From assembly GCA_910592345.1 (NCBI GenBank), contig CAJVPI010000209.1, positions 1 to 42,404 on the forward strand: a DNA stretch of 42,404 nucleotides, in the 5' to 3' direction. A model generated the notes under the pieces. The model saw nothing but the letters and a program-made list of their open reading frames with translations. It had not been told where the DNA came from and did not search any database. Position numbers and translations under genes: made by a program. This DNA is from Paraglomus brasilianum. Its lineage: Eukaryota. Shown here piece after piece: positions 1 to 12,151 of this stretch; position 1 is the stretch's first letter, and every line of letters starts with the position of its first letter.

Positions 1-40
1 GTAATTAGAATCAAAATTGAGTAAGTTACAAACATATGAA

Positions 41-830
41 TTATAAGATATATTTGTCATTTTTTTTGCACACCACTGTATATTTTGTGGATGGTCTAGA
101 TGTAACTCTTTCTACTCCGGTTGCTATTGCTGGAGCTAAACCCCACCGCGATGATCCCGGAACTCTAATTAGACGCGTTGAATAATTATTTAAACAATTA
201 AGGACTTTCGGTAAATGCCTAACCCATGCTCTTATTAATTTAGGATTCGAAGATAGAGATTCAACTGCATATTGGATTTTATATAAAATTTTTGCAAGTG
301 TCTTATTAAATTGTTCTGCTATCGCTAATCCTCGATGACTGTATGTACCAATGATTTGTACTGTTCTTGCATTAACTTGGAAGTTAAACCATAAATTCTC
401 TACCGCCGTCACGTTGTAATAAATTAGGCCAGGTAAGAGGAATATTTGGGCTGTCGTAAATTTTCTTAAACACTTTGGCTACCTCTAACCTATTTTTTGA
501 CGTCAGAGGTATAGAATATTTGAATCTACCTGAGACATCTACAACATTAAGAACCCATTTAAATATCTTTCTATGTACTTTATTATTCGTAAGACGCAAC
601 AAATCGCACACAGTTCGGATGTGAAATTATTGTAACCAACTCTTGGAATATTTTTCGGTGGTGGGGCATATTTTTACCATTTGTTCTGGTTTATAAGTTA
701 GTTATGTACTTTTTTAAATGGAAATTAAAAATCCTTCCCTTATGAAATTCTCCTTAATTTCCGAGGGTTAGAGTGATACCCAGTGGATTGGTAGAACATT
801 AGCCCGCTATATAAATCTATTTTCTATATA
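41..830 (-). pseudogene. Decayed Maverick/Polinton-type (rve-family) integrase
   Basis: Frameshifted pieces read YAPPPKNIPR, CDLLRL...KWVLNVVDVSGRFKYSIPLTSKN...P.LLQRDGGREF and AIAEQFNKTL...WVRHLPKVLNCLNN...GLAP. These resemble the DDE core and flanks of Maverick-type integrases. The pieces lie in different frames (384-611, 41-412). The 5' limit is approximate. Confidence 0.75.
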
Positions 831-1106
831 TATGGTTAGGGTACTCATTTTTTAATGCATTTACTGTTACGATAGGTTAAGATAAATAATATTATATTCT
901 CACTTTGTGAGTAGAGTTCATACCTGTCCGCATACATTTTGCGTTTTTTTGCAACTATACAATGAAAAACAATAACAGAGATTTATTACATATCTGCCAG
1001 ATCAATTGATATCCCAGATTGCCATTATGATTTAGACTCTAATTTGGATAACAAGTATTAAATAAATTATGTCGATAATGATTGCGAAAATAAACAATTG
1101 TGAACA

Positions 1107-1707
1107 GCTTACGCAAGACAAAAAATTTTACAAATGGAGAATAAGAAAACCGAATCAAACATATCGCGCATGTTGTTGCACCGGTAATGGTGTCCCTTTA
1201 TTCGGTTTTTTCTGCGCGTCAGGAGATAACCGATTGGTAAATCCTAATTTCCTAGTGTCCTTATGATGGTATATATCCCTTATTGAACACAAGAAACTGG
1301 TGTCATTTCTCTCAAAAGATATACCAACTTTTCTGGTAAGTTATTCAAGATGGTATGTTCTGTCATATAATTCATCGGCGTTTATATGATGGTTTTGTAT
1401 AGATGAAGATCAAGAATGCTATGCTCAATTTTGAGAATTCGAAGTATTCATATGTCATACTAAGAAAAGGATCGCGTCTAACTGTCAACTTATGCGACCA
1501 GATGATCGATCAAAAAGGCACATAGCTTTAGCTCGAATTTACCCTGGGGAAATTCCTAATCATTTAGCTATTTCCGCTTGTTGATAATACTCTGCTGTAA
1601 TATTGTTTGCGTAGATTATATAGATGCATCTTACGAATAGCCAAGATTAGTCGCACCTCCAATGAAGCGTCATAGTCATGTGGTCATGGATTATTGCTCG
1701 AAGACTG
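1107..1707 (+). pseudogene. RSM22: Intron-containing fragment of mitoribosome assembly factor Rsm22/METTL17
   Basis: Manual splicing gives ARQKIL...AHVVAP|CPYDGIYPLLNTRNWCHFSQK...|...NFENSKYSYVILRKG...|ASYE*PRLVAPPMKRHSHVVMDYCSKTG. This matches the Rsm22 motifs HVVAPCPHDG.CP..WCHFSQ, KYSYV.LRKG and WPR...PP.KR..HV..D.C. The conserved Trp is TAG (1638-1640), there are frameshifts, and both ends of the gene are missing. Confidence 0.8.
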
Positions 1708-3574
1708 GTAACTTTACATTATTTCGACAGTGTAGTCGGACAAATTTGGATATTCAGAACTGCTAATCTCGTAAATTTCAATGATTGCGTATTCATAATT
1801 TGGCGGAGCGGCCTGTCCTAGAAAATGCAAAGCAACGCTTTATACCTTGTCACATAACCAACCCGTTCAAGACTACCTTCCCCAATCATTTCATATTCTG
1901 GCTTTATTCTGAATTTTTTACCAGTCAAGAAACAGTTAGTGACCGTTAACTAGACTGACGACCTCAGTGTCGATGCATAGACACTAATCCCAGATGGTTG
2001 TCCGTCCTTGAGGTAATCCTCTATTCCCTTTCGATGGGTTTAATTCAAACCATAAGCGAACAGTAATCGTAATGATGAACAAGTATCGATACTTGGATCA
2101 ACGATTCCATCTCTATCGGGAAGAGTAGAACAAAACACGTACGTGTGTTTAAACCTTTATTTGAATATATTAATATAGGACTGCTCTGTAATTTATTGAA
2201 AGATGATCAGAATTGTATTGTTTGAACTATCCAATAAACTGATCTGATGATTCCGAGGTTAATTACATACACTGAGGGAAGTTGATGTTTTAATATTTAT
2301 TTTTTAATATCTAGTTCGCGAGCAATGCATGTCTCTATTCTTCTAAGTAAATTTCTCCGATTATTTTAAGAAATATCTAATTATTTAAGAGTTTTGGAAC
2401 GTTCAGAACGTTTACACGGTCAAGTTCATCGCATAGATGTTAAGAATTCGGAGCTTTTCTTCGAACATGGTGAGCTCAGTGCTACTGTATCACAATAAAT
2501 GTGTTTTAGTACCAATTGAAAGCCTTACTTTTTACACGTCTTTTCGGTGCTACCGTAAATGTCGATTAGACTATTTATCGTCACCCCGATTTGGTTGGAC
2601 ACCAAACTATCGTCGAATTAACGTATTATCGATTTATCTAGCTTCAGCTGAACAGTACATTAATATGTGGAAATAAAGCCGAATTATCGATTTATATGCG
2701 ACAAAAAAACCAAAAACTTTTATCTAAAGAAGACTGTTTCTACTGTAATCTATTATAACATGAAACTTAACTAAATAGTCTTACGATAGGATTATCTTTG
2801 ACGTTGACATATTTTCGCGGCAGTTAAATGTTTTTTAGCAGTATCGTTTTGTGATGATCCAACGGCTGAATTTATCCGAATCATTAAATTATTTACATAT
2901 ATGGGAATGATCAAAGGGTTGTCTTTTACAATACTTAATTTATACAGTTGATAATTACGACCGGGGACGAATTAAACTGTATGTAGATCTCACATAGTGT
3001 TTAAAAAAGCAATTGCTCTTGATGCCATTTTGGTTTTGTATATAGAGTCATTTAGTATTAGTTTGCTGAAGTAATGTATAATATTAATATAACCCAAAGT
3101 CAAGAAATATGGTCTGCTCCAGAGTTCGCAAAACAGATATTCTATCAACTGAACTATAAGCCCTTTGGTGGAAGCGACGTAAACTCTGCATCAGTACAGT
3201 ATAATTCCCTTTGTGTTCTAATTCATGATGAGTGCTGTATGTAGTCAGAGTTGTGTTGGTTGGGGATGAAGCGGGTGGGTAGATGGGTATCATGTACCAA
3301 TCGGGTACTCCCAATAAATCAATCTGTGGATCTTCTCATTCAACTTACAGTACGATAGAACAATAAATAGTTGGTGGAACGTTGAGTTCTTATAATCTAA
3401 AGTAAAACCGGTGTACATGAAGACAATGAACGGATGATATCATCGTACGTGCCAAGAGCGGATGATAAATTCTGGGGAACTTTGTGAAACTATTACACCA
3501 GATATTTGATTATCATTTACCATATATAAATCCGTGATCGGGATAAATTATTTTACGACACAAGCGTTCGAAAC

Positions 3575-6048
3575 ATGCAAAGTCAACAAGCGACGGTAGA
3601 AGACTCGCAGCTCGGGTTGGAAACCCCGGAGAAGTATGAACAGCATTGTATACTGTTTCCCACGTATGCTACTAAACACGCGGACGATGGTAATGATAAG
3701 AACAACGGCGAATTGAGGTGCCACATTTGAAGCTGCTACATCGAGATAACTGAAGATTCAATTGTTATTGACAGGTAGTTTATCTGATGATTGGAATATA
3801 TGCGTTCGTGGTTGGGCGTTTTCATCTCCAAAAAATAGCAGATCTCTTAGTCTATTTTTAAGTAAGTAATTTTTTGAAAATCGCGAGCAACAGTCTCCAT
3901 GCCGTCTCATTTATTTGCTTCATGTTACATTTTAGACTTAACATCGAAAGTAAAGGGTCTGAAGAAGGACGATGCAACGTACGAAATGTTACAATCACGC
4001 ATTTCCCTTTTTTGGGCCAGCAACATGACCGAAGGAGAGTTTACTGTTCAGACTATCGGAATTACTGAATCAAATAAAATGGCTATCGAGGGTGATCCAA
4101 ATGATCCTGTTGAAGATGAAAACGGTGACGGTGATTTTGATATCGGAGATATAATAGGAAACCCTGGAAAGATATTTGGGAATGCTGGGAAAATAATAGA
4201 GAACACAGGAAAAATTAATCTATTAAAACATCCCGTCAATGAAATAAAGAGTACAAAGATATCTTGTAAAGGTGGCCAATTCACGGGTACCATTGCTATT
4301 CCTCAATCTACTATCAAGAAATGGCTTCAAGAGGAAGAAAGTAAACAATCCTTGTTTACGTCATATTCCAACAAGAAACCAAAGGTGCGATTGATCAAAA
4401 TTCAAGCTTATGATGCTAAAATTTGTAAGTGTAATCGGTAATATTATGGAAAGGGTGAAATTGGAAAGACTACTAATCAACTTGTCTCTATAAGCTCAAC
4501 CTGCACACGGTGTAGTCAACCTGATTGGGTCGGATGGGATATCAGTGATTTCTGTAAGTAAACTACCTTATAATGGGAATTTATAATAGCCAGTGGAACT
4601 CTAGTTATAATCTGTCATTAACATTCTTTATTCTGATATTTAGGATATAGATGACACAATTAAAGAAACCGACGTCATGGATGGTGTGGGGAGAGTCCTC
4701 ACAAACACGTTCTTGCAACCCACTAAAGCCGTGAGTTTCAATAATTAGATAAGCCTGTTGATTATATTAAATGTTGCTATTAAATACAATTTTGTTAATA
4801 GGTTGACGGCATGGCCGATGTGTACCGTAGCTGGGTGAGTAATTGAATGCCTCGGCTATCGTTAGTTACTTTTATGTCTGCTTGAACAGTTACTGCCAGA
4901 AATAGGATGTCCCATCGCTATCAACATTCACTATTGCTAACCTCACTATATAGCGATAACTGCGGTTACAAACGATGCCATGTTTCTCATCTTTATTATG
5001 TATTTTTATTTACTTTACTACATATTCGGATGCATAGTACGAGAAAGGCGTTGCAATTCACTACGTCTCCAATTCGCCCTGGCAACTGTTCCCAATGCTG
5101 CGTCATTTTTTCAAAGAGCACAACTTTCCTCCGGGATCAGCTCACCTTAAGTTTTATGATGGTCTTATAAAAAGTGCTCGAGAACAAAAAGAAAATCCGA
5201 TGGCTAGCAAATTCATGTATATTAGAGAGTTACTCAAAAACTTCCCCCGACGAAAATTTATCTTAATTGGAGATTCTGGAGAATTGGACCCAGAGATGTA
5301 AGACTTGTACATTAGTCAATTCGTAAATTATTTACAGTACCCATTAACTATACTTGTTTAATTTCATTATAATAGATATACTAGAATCGCTCGTGAACAT
5401 CCAGATAGAATACTTCGAATTTTCATTCGAGACGTATCGACTAAACACGTTAAAGACCTGCCAGTCCAACAGTCAAAGTATTCGTATGTTTATACATTCC
5501 CATCAATGGTGAGGAGTCTCAAATCCTACTACCAAAATAATGGAAACGAGAACAAGGCTGTTGAGAAGAATGACAACCTTAATGAGGAAGCGACACCAAC
5601 AAAAATTGTAGATAGTCCTATAGCTGACGAGAATTCTAGTCGGTCAGTGAAGTCACAGTCATCGTTACTCGAAAAACTGCGATCGGATTTGTTATATTTA
5701 AGCCGAACATCAACGCCGGGTTCGTCGCATGCTCCAAGAGCACCGTCAAGCGCAAATGTACAATCGCCTACTGAAGATTCGGTGACTAACGAACCTAACG
5801 CTGATTTGAGTAGTTCTGGCTCCGGTGAATCGCTTTCTAAATCTACTTCTGATTCTGACAAGCCTACCTCTGGTTCGGATAAGCCTGCCTCTGAACAACT
5901 AAAGACTCCTTTGGAAGTGTTTCATGATCGTATCGCTAATTTGACAGCTGGACTCCCGGAGGGATTATTTTCATTATTTGATCAAGCTAGTGAATTAGAC
6001 AGTGATGTTATTGTCGCTGAAGCCACAAAGAGAAACACCACGTTGTAA
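3575..6048 (+). CDS. APP1: APP1-like phosphatidate phosphatase (DUF2183, HAD-like DxDxT), multi-exon
   Basis: Spliced reading from ATG 3575: HCILFPTYA, W..CVRGWAF, GISVIS|DIDDTIKET, FHYVSNSPWQLFPML..FF....FPPGS.HLK, FPRRKFILIGDSGELDPE|IYTRIAREHPDRILRIFIRDVS, then a Ser-rich tail to TAA 6048. Introns are GT-AG. Confidence 0.88.
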
Positions 6049-6932
6049 ACAATAAAGCCTCATATTGTTATATTTATATTACATGAATTAACTTTGGGAC
6101 GTTCGGTTGGCATGTGGTATTTTTTACTAAAGATGCGATCAAGAAGTTTAACGAATGTGCAGACCAAATAGCAAATTATTTGAAAGTTTGGTGCATAGCA
6201 GATCTTTGACGTTGATCGTTTGTAATGATGTTCGAAATATTCTTTCAAAATTGAGTGTAGAATGAAATATGGGAGTGAACAGAAAATCGCACAAGTGTCA
6301 TTATAAACCACTTTCTCGCTATTCAACATATCCGATATCCAGTTCACAACACGCGGCAACTTAGTTTAGGACTATCCATATATTTGTTTGAACGCAGTTT
6401 ACAGAATAGCATTATGACATTTAAGCAGATCCAAGCTGTCTATCTGCAAATATCATTTTATCTAAACCATGTGCCCAAAGGGCATAGAAGTTGTTATATC
6501 GATCAAATAAAAGCTTGTGTAATGTTCGATATATAAATTTCTGGCATCAACCAAACTCGTACACTTAACAAGTTTTATCGTTTGTTTCATTGTAATGATT
6601 CAACTCCATTAGCTCATCAACTTCTTGCTCTCTCACAGACTATGTTTAAAGTTGTATGGCAGTGTGCACACCTTTGTTCATATGTAACTCATTCTTATTA
6701 CTTCGTGGACAAACAAATGATAGATAAATTGAATCCTGAAATTTTTGTGATATGCCATTCACTTTGTCAGCATTCCCCAAGTCATACAGTATATGTGTCA
6801 AATAATTCTGAAATTTGGAAAGAAACTTGAGTATCCGATTTATTGGACTCTATGTATCACAATAGCGTTCGCAACAGCAGGATAATATATAACCACTTTT
6901 AGCACGTTAACGAGAATGTCTCCAATCGCTCT

Positions 6933-8716
6933 CTACGATCTCATCGGTGTATAATCTTTAGTAAGGTCGAGATCTAAATGAGTGTTTGTTATCTTGATTT
7001 TTCTGTTTCCTTGTTTCCTTTTTCTTTGTTTAGGTTTTATCTAAATAAGAATATGAAAGTGATATTAGTATCGCCTGAAGCTTGAGACGTTATATTAGCT
7101 GCACTCTATAATACCAAATATTATTGTGAATGATCATTATCGTCTAATTACCTCGCCAGTTGCCTTATTTTCTAATATAGCCATCGTCTGAAGACCGGCT
7201 GTTGAAGAACGATTCGTAGTCAGTATTGCATATGACAACAATACAATGGCTGTAGTATGATCGACTATTACCTTTCTGAAGCTCTACTTTGAGATCTACA
7301 TCATCGGGAGTTTTTACTTTATGGAACATATCAACAAATTCTACAAACATGGCAACAAAGAATTAGGATACGTGTATATATAAACATTCTTTGTTGTAGA
7401 CTCATGCCTTAGGTCATATGTCCACATAATATGTCAGAATAATATACCTTTATCCATAGTAGTATTCTCGCCTACATCATTCCAAAACATCAAACGAGGA
7501 GAGTTATCTTTCATCAAACGAATGACTAAGATTCGACTCTCCTTTTCCAATTCCTAATAACAATATTAATTGATATTGTTACACGCAGCATTCATGCCAA
7601 CCTCAATACGCATATATGAAACTTGTAGCCAATACCGATATTATATCACGGTCAATATAACTCCCAACACGATACCAACACCAGCTTTTCTAATGATTAT
7701 TAATATCATGTCTCACTGTTCTTACTTGAATTGAGGTCGTCACGTCTACGTAAGAGTCAGCAAGGTCTTTAAAGTGCATCCCACATGGCTTGGAATCTTT
7801 TCTCTCATACAGTAGTTGAAGTAAATCTTCACTGCTACGTATCATAAACTCTGGCTAATTAAAGACGAAGAAATTATGACAATTAGCAACAGTATCACAA
7901 TATGTAAACTAATAATTGATGTTACTATAAAAAACTTACTTTGTATTTAAAGGTACCATTTGCAGCATCGTATTCAATCTTTTCATTATTAATCATGAGT
8001 TTATATAGCTCGTCATTAGTAGTTATGTCCGCTATTTGATGACTCTTTAGATCCTCCGCCGACTGGGGAGAATCAACCCTTTCCTAGACATAATAACGAA
8101 GGCAAAAAACCATTAACAAAGAAAAACCCTATTACAACAAACAGAACAACAGATACAAGCGGCTTCTTACTCGCAATATAAATCACTGTTACAAAAATAA
8201 ATACTAATACTTGCAACTCTACAAAAAGGTACATATGACCTCCATGCAGCAAATATTAACTAGTATTCACCTTCAAAAAGTTAATGACTTTATGAAGTTG
8301 ACTAAGCGTATGCTTCACCGTGCCTGTATCAGCTGGCTGTGAATAGACTGCAAAATACGAATGTTGAATCAGCTTAGTAATATGTTACGAATATGTTACG
8401 ATAAATGGCTAAAACAATTAAACATAAAACAAGACGAGAAACTAAACCAATCCCTCTCATACGCAGAGACCCCCGCATATTCAAACCATGGTTATTCGCA
8501 TCGAACTATACTCGCGCTCCCGGGTACCCATGCACCATACCCTGTTCTCTTCTGCTCACCCGGTTTTTTATTCTTCTTTTTCGAAGATGTTGAAGGTTCT
8601 GCTTTGGCAGACACATTCTGAGGTGTTAACAACTGCGTGGTTGACACTCGTGAACGGGGATCAGGTTGTAATCTTGACTTCTCGCTGATTTGTGCTGTTT
8701 GGGCCAGGGAAGACAT
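6933..8716 (-). CDS. TFA2: General transcription factor TFIIE beta subunit, multi-exon
   Basis: Exons read SQLHKVINFLK, NNEKIEYDAANGTFKYK|PEFMIRSSEDLLQLL, GMHFKDLADSY, ILVIRLMKDNSPRLMFWND, EFVDMFHKVKTPDDVDLKVELQK and C-terminal RKIKITNTHLDLDLTKDYTPMRS*. All are characteristic of fungal Tfa2. Confidence 0.9.
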
Positions 8717-9008
8717 GCTATTGTCGGACGAGGGAAGAAATGATGATTACCATTTTGAGTTACAGGGAGGGAACCTATATTAATATATTGTAATAATATT
8801 TGTATAAATACGCCCCGGATATTTTATTTTTATCCTTTTTACATTTATAGGATAGATAAAACGACTAGATGTCCAAACATTCTTGAGCTCTTATGCATTT
8901 CAAGTTCTGTCATCTCTGCACAGTAGTCATCTTTTGGAGAAACAGAGCAGATCTTTTCACTCCTCCCACTATCTTTACTTATAATCCACATTCACTTATT
9001 TCGCTGAT
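8717..9008. promoter_or_regulatory. Probable bidirectional promoter between TFA2 and the ankyrin gene
   Basis: Only about 290 bp separate the two divergent predicted start codons. The interval contains an AT-rich TATA-like tract (tatattaatatattgtaataatatttgtataaata, ~8776-8810). Confidence 0.5.
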
Positions 9009-11729
9009 ATGAAAGATAATAGTAAAGGTAAACCAAATCCAAAAGTATATACGTTTAGCTCGCTTCAAACGTAAATTGTGAAGGTGATTCAGAACTTCGG
9101 GGACTTCTTCATACTCACTATGGCTTATTATATATCGCTCATTCCATCACTAATTCAGCTAGAGGTAGAATACCCGGAGTTGCTTTGGCCTTTAGCAAAT
9201 TTTCTTTACATAAGCCAAATAAAAAGACTTCTACTCCACCTTCGCCCAAACTCATTCCTGCTGCTCCGTCATCACCTCCCCTGCTCAATACTCCACCACT
9301 CACGTCACTACCCACTTTTGAGATCACGACAGACTCTGACGCTCACTTATCCTCCAGTAGTTTATTTTTTCATATGTCCCGCAAATCAAAACGACTATCA
9401 GCAATTTCTGCTACCAATGTAAATAAAGCATACACCGTCAATACGGGTCGTAAGAATAGTCTTCCTCCAGTTATGGACATTTTTGTGAGGAGCAAGCCAG
9501 GGCTATCGTACGTTACTTTTGCCGAATTCAGGAAGAACGATGAATACCCTCGATATCAGATAACCATATTAACTACCTTACAGAAACAGGAGAACAAACT
9601 GAGACAAATAGGTATTGTAAAAAATCTCGAAAAATCAAATCTAAAAGGAAAGAAAGGTACGCTTCAATTGTTAAATTGTAACAAACGATCACTGCTTTTA
9701 CTTGTCGATACTGATGTATGTGACTTTAGAACGCAAATTAACAAAAGAGATGGATCACATGGTATCCAAAAACTTGGCTATAGTGCGAAGGAGTCCACCC
9801 AGCACATCGGCGTTTAAATTTTTAGCCATGAAGAAAGCAAAGTCGAGAACTCCATCAGGTTTGAATATAGCTGGTGGTAGCTGACTGCCCTCTCCGTCCT
9901 TTGCTTCGATGCTGAGTTTTTTGCTTGTTTGTTTTTTCAGTCCTTTTGAAGAACCTGGCACTTGCTATCCGAGATCACAAGGTATCAGAAGCGATTCGTA
10001 TTCTGTCTTACATATCCGGAAGTACCATGAAAAAGAAACGGCCATCCGAGGCCAATAACATTTTTTTAATGGCGATGGCACATCGTCTCGAAGATGTTGC
10101 AATGGCCATGTATGAGCGAGGCATTCCAACTAACATAAATAGAGAAATATTTGTGAAACCGGCAAATGAGAATAATGCATTTGAATTCAAATTTCCGAGT
10201 TACTTTATTCTGGCGGTTGCCCTTGGCCTGCATAACCTGGCAAAAGCCATGATCCGAGTGAGTGATATTCCTTTTGTACATATTACATGCAGACCAATCA
10301 ATTTGTTAATGTAAATGTGTTTCATATATGTATTCCATAGAAAGCCAATATGAATCAGACATGGTACGGATTATCACCACTGATTATAGCATTGGCTCAA
10401 ACATCTGTGGAAGAGACAACGGATAGGCACTCGTCCGCTAGCTCAAAAATGTCCTCTGGCCAGTTCTTGCTTGTGAGGACGCTGCTCGATAACGGAGCAG
10501 ATCCAGCTCAAGGAATTCCATTAGAACAATTTCTGACACTTAGATTGTTGAACTCTCGTAAGAGAAGGAAATCGCGGAGCTTGTGTACAGAAGATGTCAT
10601 AGATGGCATTGAGAGCAAACTGTCCGTTCAACAAACAGCAGTAAATGGCGAGACAGACCATGTGAGGTGGGTCTATCCCATTGACGTCGCCGCAGCAACG
10701 GGCAATATTAATGTATGCCGACTGTTATTGTCCAGGTGTGTACAATCATATAGTAACATGTGCATAATTCATGAATGGGCGATATATTGGGAACGTGCAC
10801 CTGCAAGAGTGCGTGTGTGGGGTCTTCACGTCATTCATTAATATATTTGCTTTATTGTTGCACATGGCTGATCGTGCAGAATGGATGCGTCTGCGACTGC
10901 TAGCAGCACATCGTGTTTGTTTGTTCAGAGCGACGTGATGCTGACACTGGAATTAGTTCGTGCTGGGGCTAATGTAAACCAAAAAGACTTACGGTATCTA
11001 TCTTAATTTACATGCACCTATTATGGTTGATCCAAGACATATTTACATTATTTCACTTGATATAGAGGGAACACTCCATTACATCATGCGGCATGCAAAG
11101 GATATTTGGAAATGGTTATAGTCTTACTTCAATTAGGATCTGATGTCAATGCAAAGAACATAAATGGCCGGTAAGTGGTCAATATGAAAACATTCTCGAA
11201 AGGAAATAGATCCTAATTAAGTGTGCCCCCTCTCATGTGAGAGACGGTAATCAGCATAACAACCAATAGAAATCTCAGGATCTAGCTGCAATCTGGTTCT
11301 TTTATAGTCATTCTTCCGATAATTAATTGTACTATAAATATAGGACACCACTACATGAAGCCATACGCAATCATCATCAAAGGATTTGTAACACGCTAAT
11401 CGATGCAGGAGCAAAGTCTGAGATTTGTGACAATTTAGGACAGACAGTGAAGGACCTTGGATCTGCTGCTGGATTAACTAGTAAAGAAATTGCTGCATTC
11501 CTCGGTCAGTGAAGCCTTGAATGTTGCATTTAAAGATGATGTTACTTACCAAATTAATTTTGTTCTTGCAGAAGGGAATAAGAAAGAAAATCAACAAATA
11601 AAGTCATTACAACAGAATGGCTTTAAAAAAAAGGCAACCATTCGCCACAGTAGCAACAAGAAACCTTCCTTGATTCCAACAATGATGAATAGCAGCACTG
11701 GCCGCATCAAGATACATTTGGGCATATAA
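9009..11729 (+). CDS. Ankyrin-repeat protein with Pro/Ser-rich N-terminus, multi-exon
   Basis: ANK motifs: [91 protein letters not shown]. Exons join in frame through GT-AG introns. The start at 9009 is inferred. Confidence 0.8.
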
Positions 11730-12151
11730 AATAATAATGTAGAAAATCTTTATCTAATTTTATATTGTGTACATATTTATATCCGTAAATGTGATGAAAC
11801 AATAATATATTAAACAATATAATCATGTGAACGTGCCCCACTATGGTGTTAATATATCGTAATGATCAACAGAGAATCGAAGAAACTTTCACTCTTTAAT
11901 ATTAATAACCAAGACTATCTGGTAGAGTGCGGTCATTGCTAGTCGTGCTAGTTTGACGTTAAAATGGCAGCTGTTAGCAACCTAGTCTTCTTTAATAGTC
12001 ATTTAATATAAGGCTCCAATGATGGCTCGTGTCACATTCATTGTATCGGAAGCTACAAAAGAAGTAGTGACGATGATGATGTGTAGCACATACTGTTGCT
12101 ACATCACGGCTTTACAGCTAAGAATCGATTAATACTGTAATAGAAAGAACA

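Noticed and set aside
5529..5861. Antisense ORFs over APP1 (and similarly over YAP1 at 21237-21596)
   Set aside because: They are mirror frames of Ser/Pro-rich coding exons.
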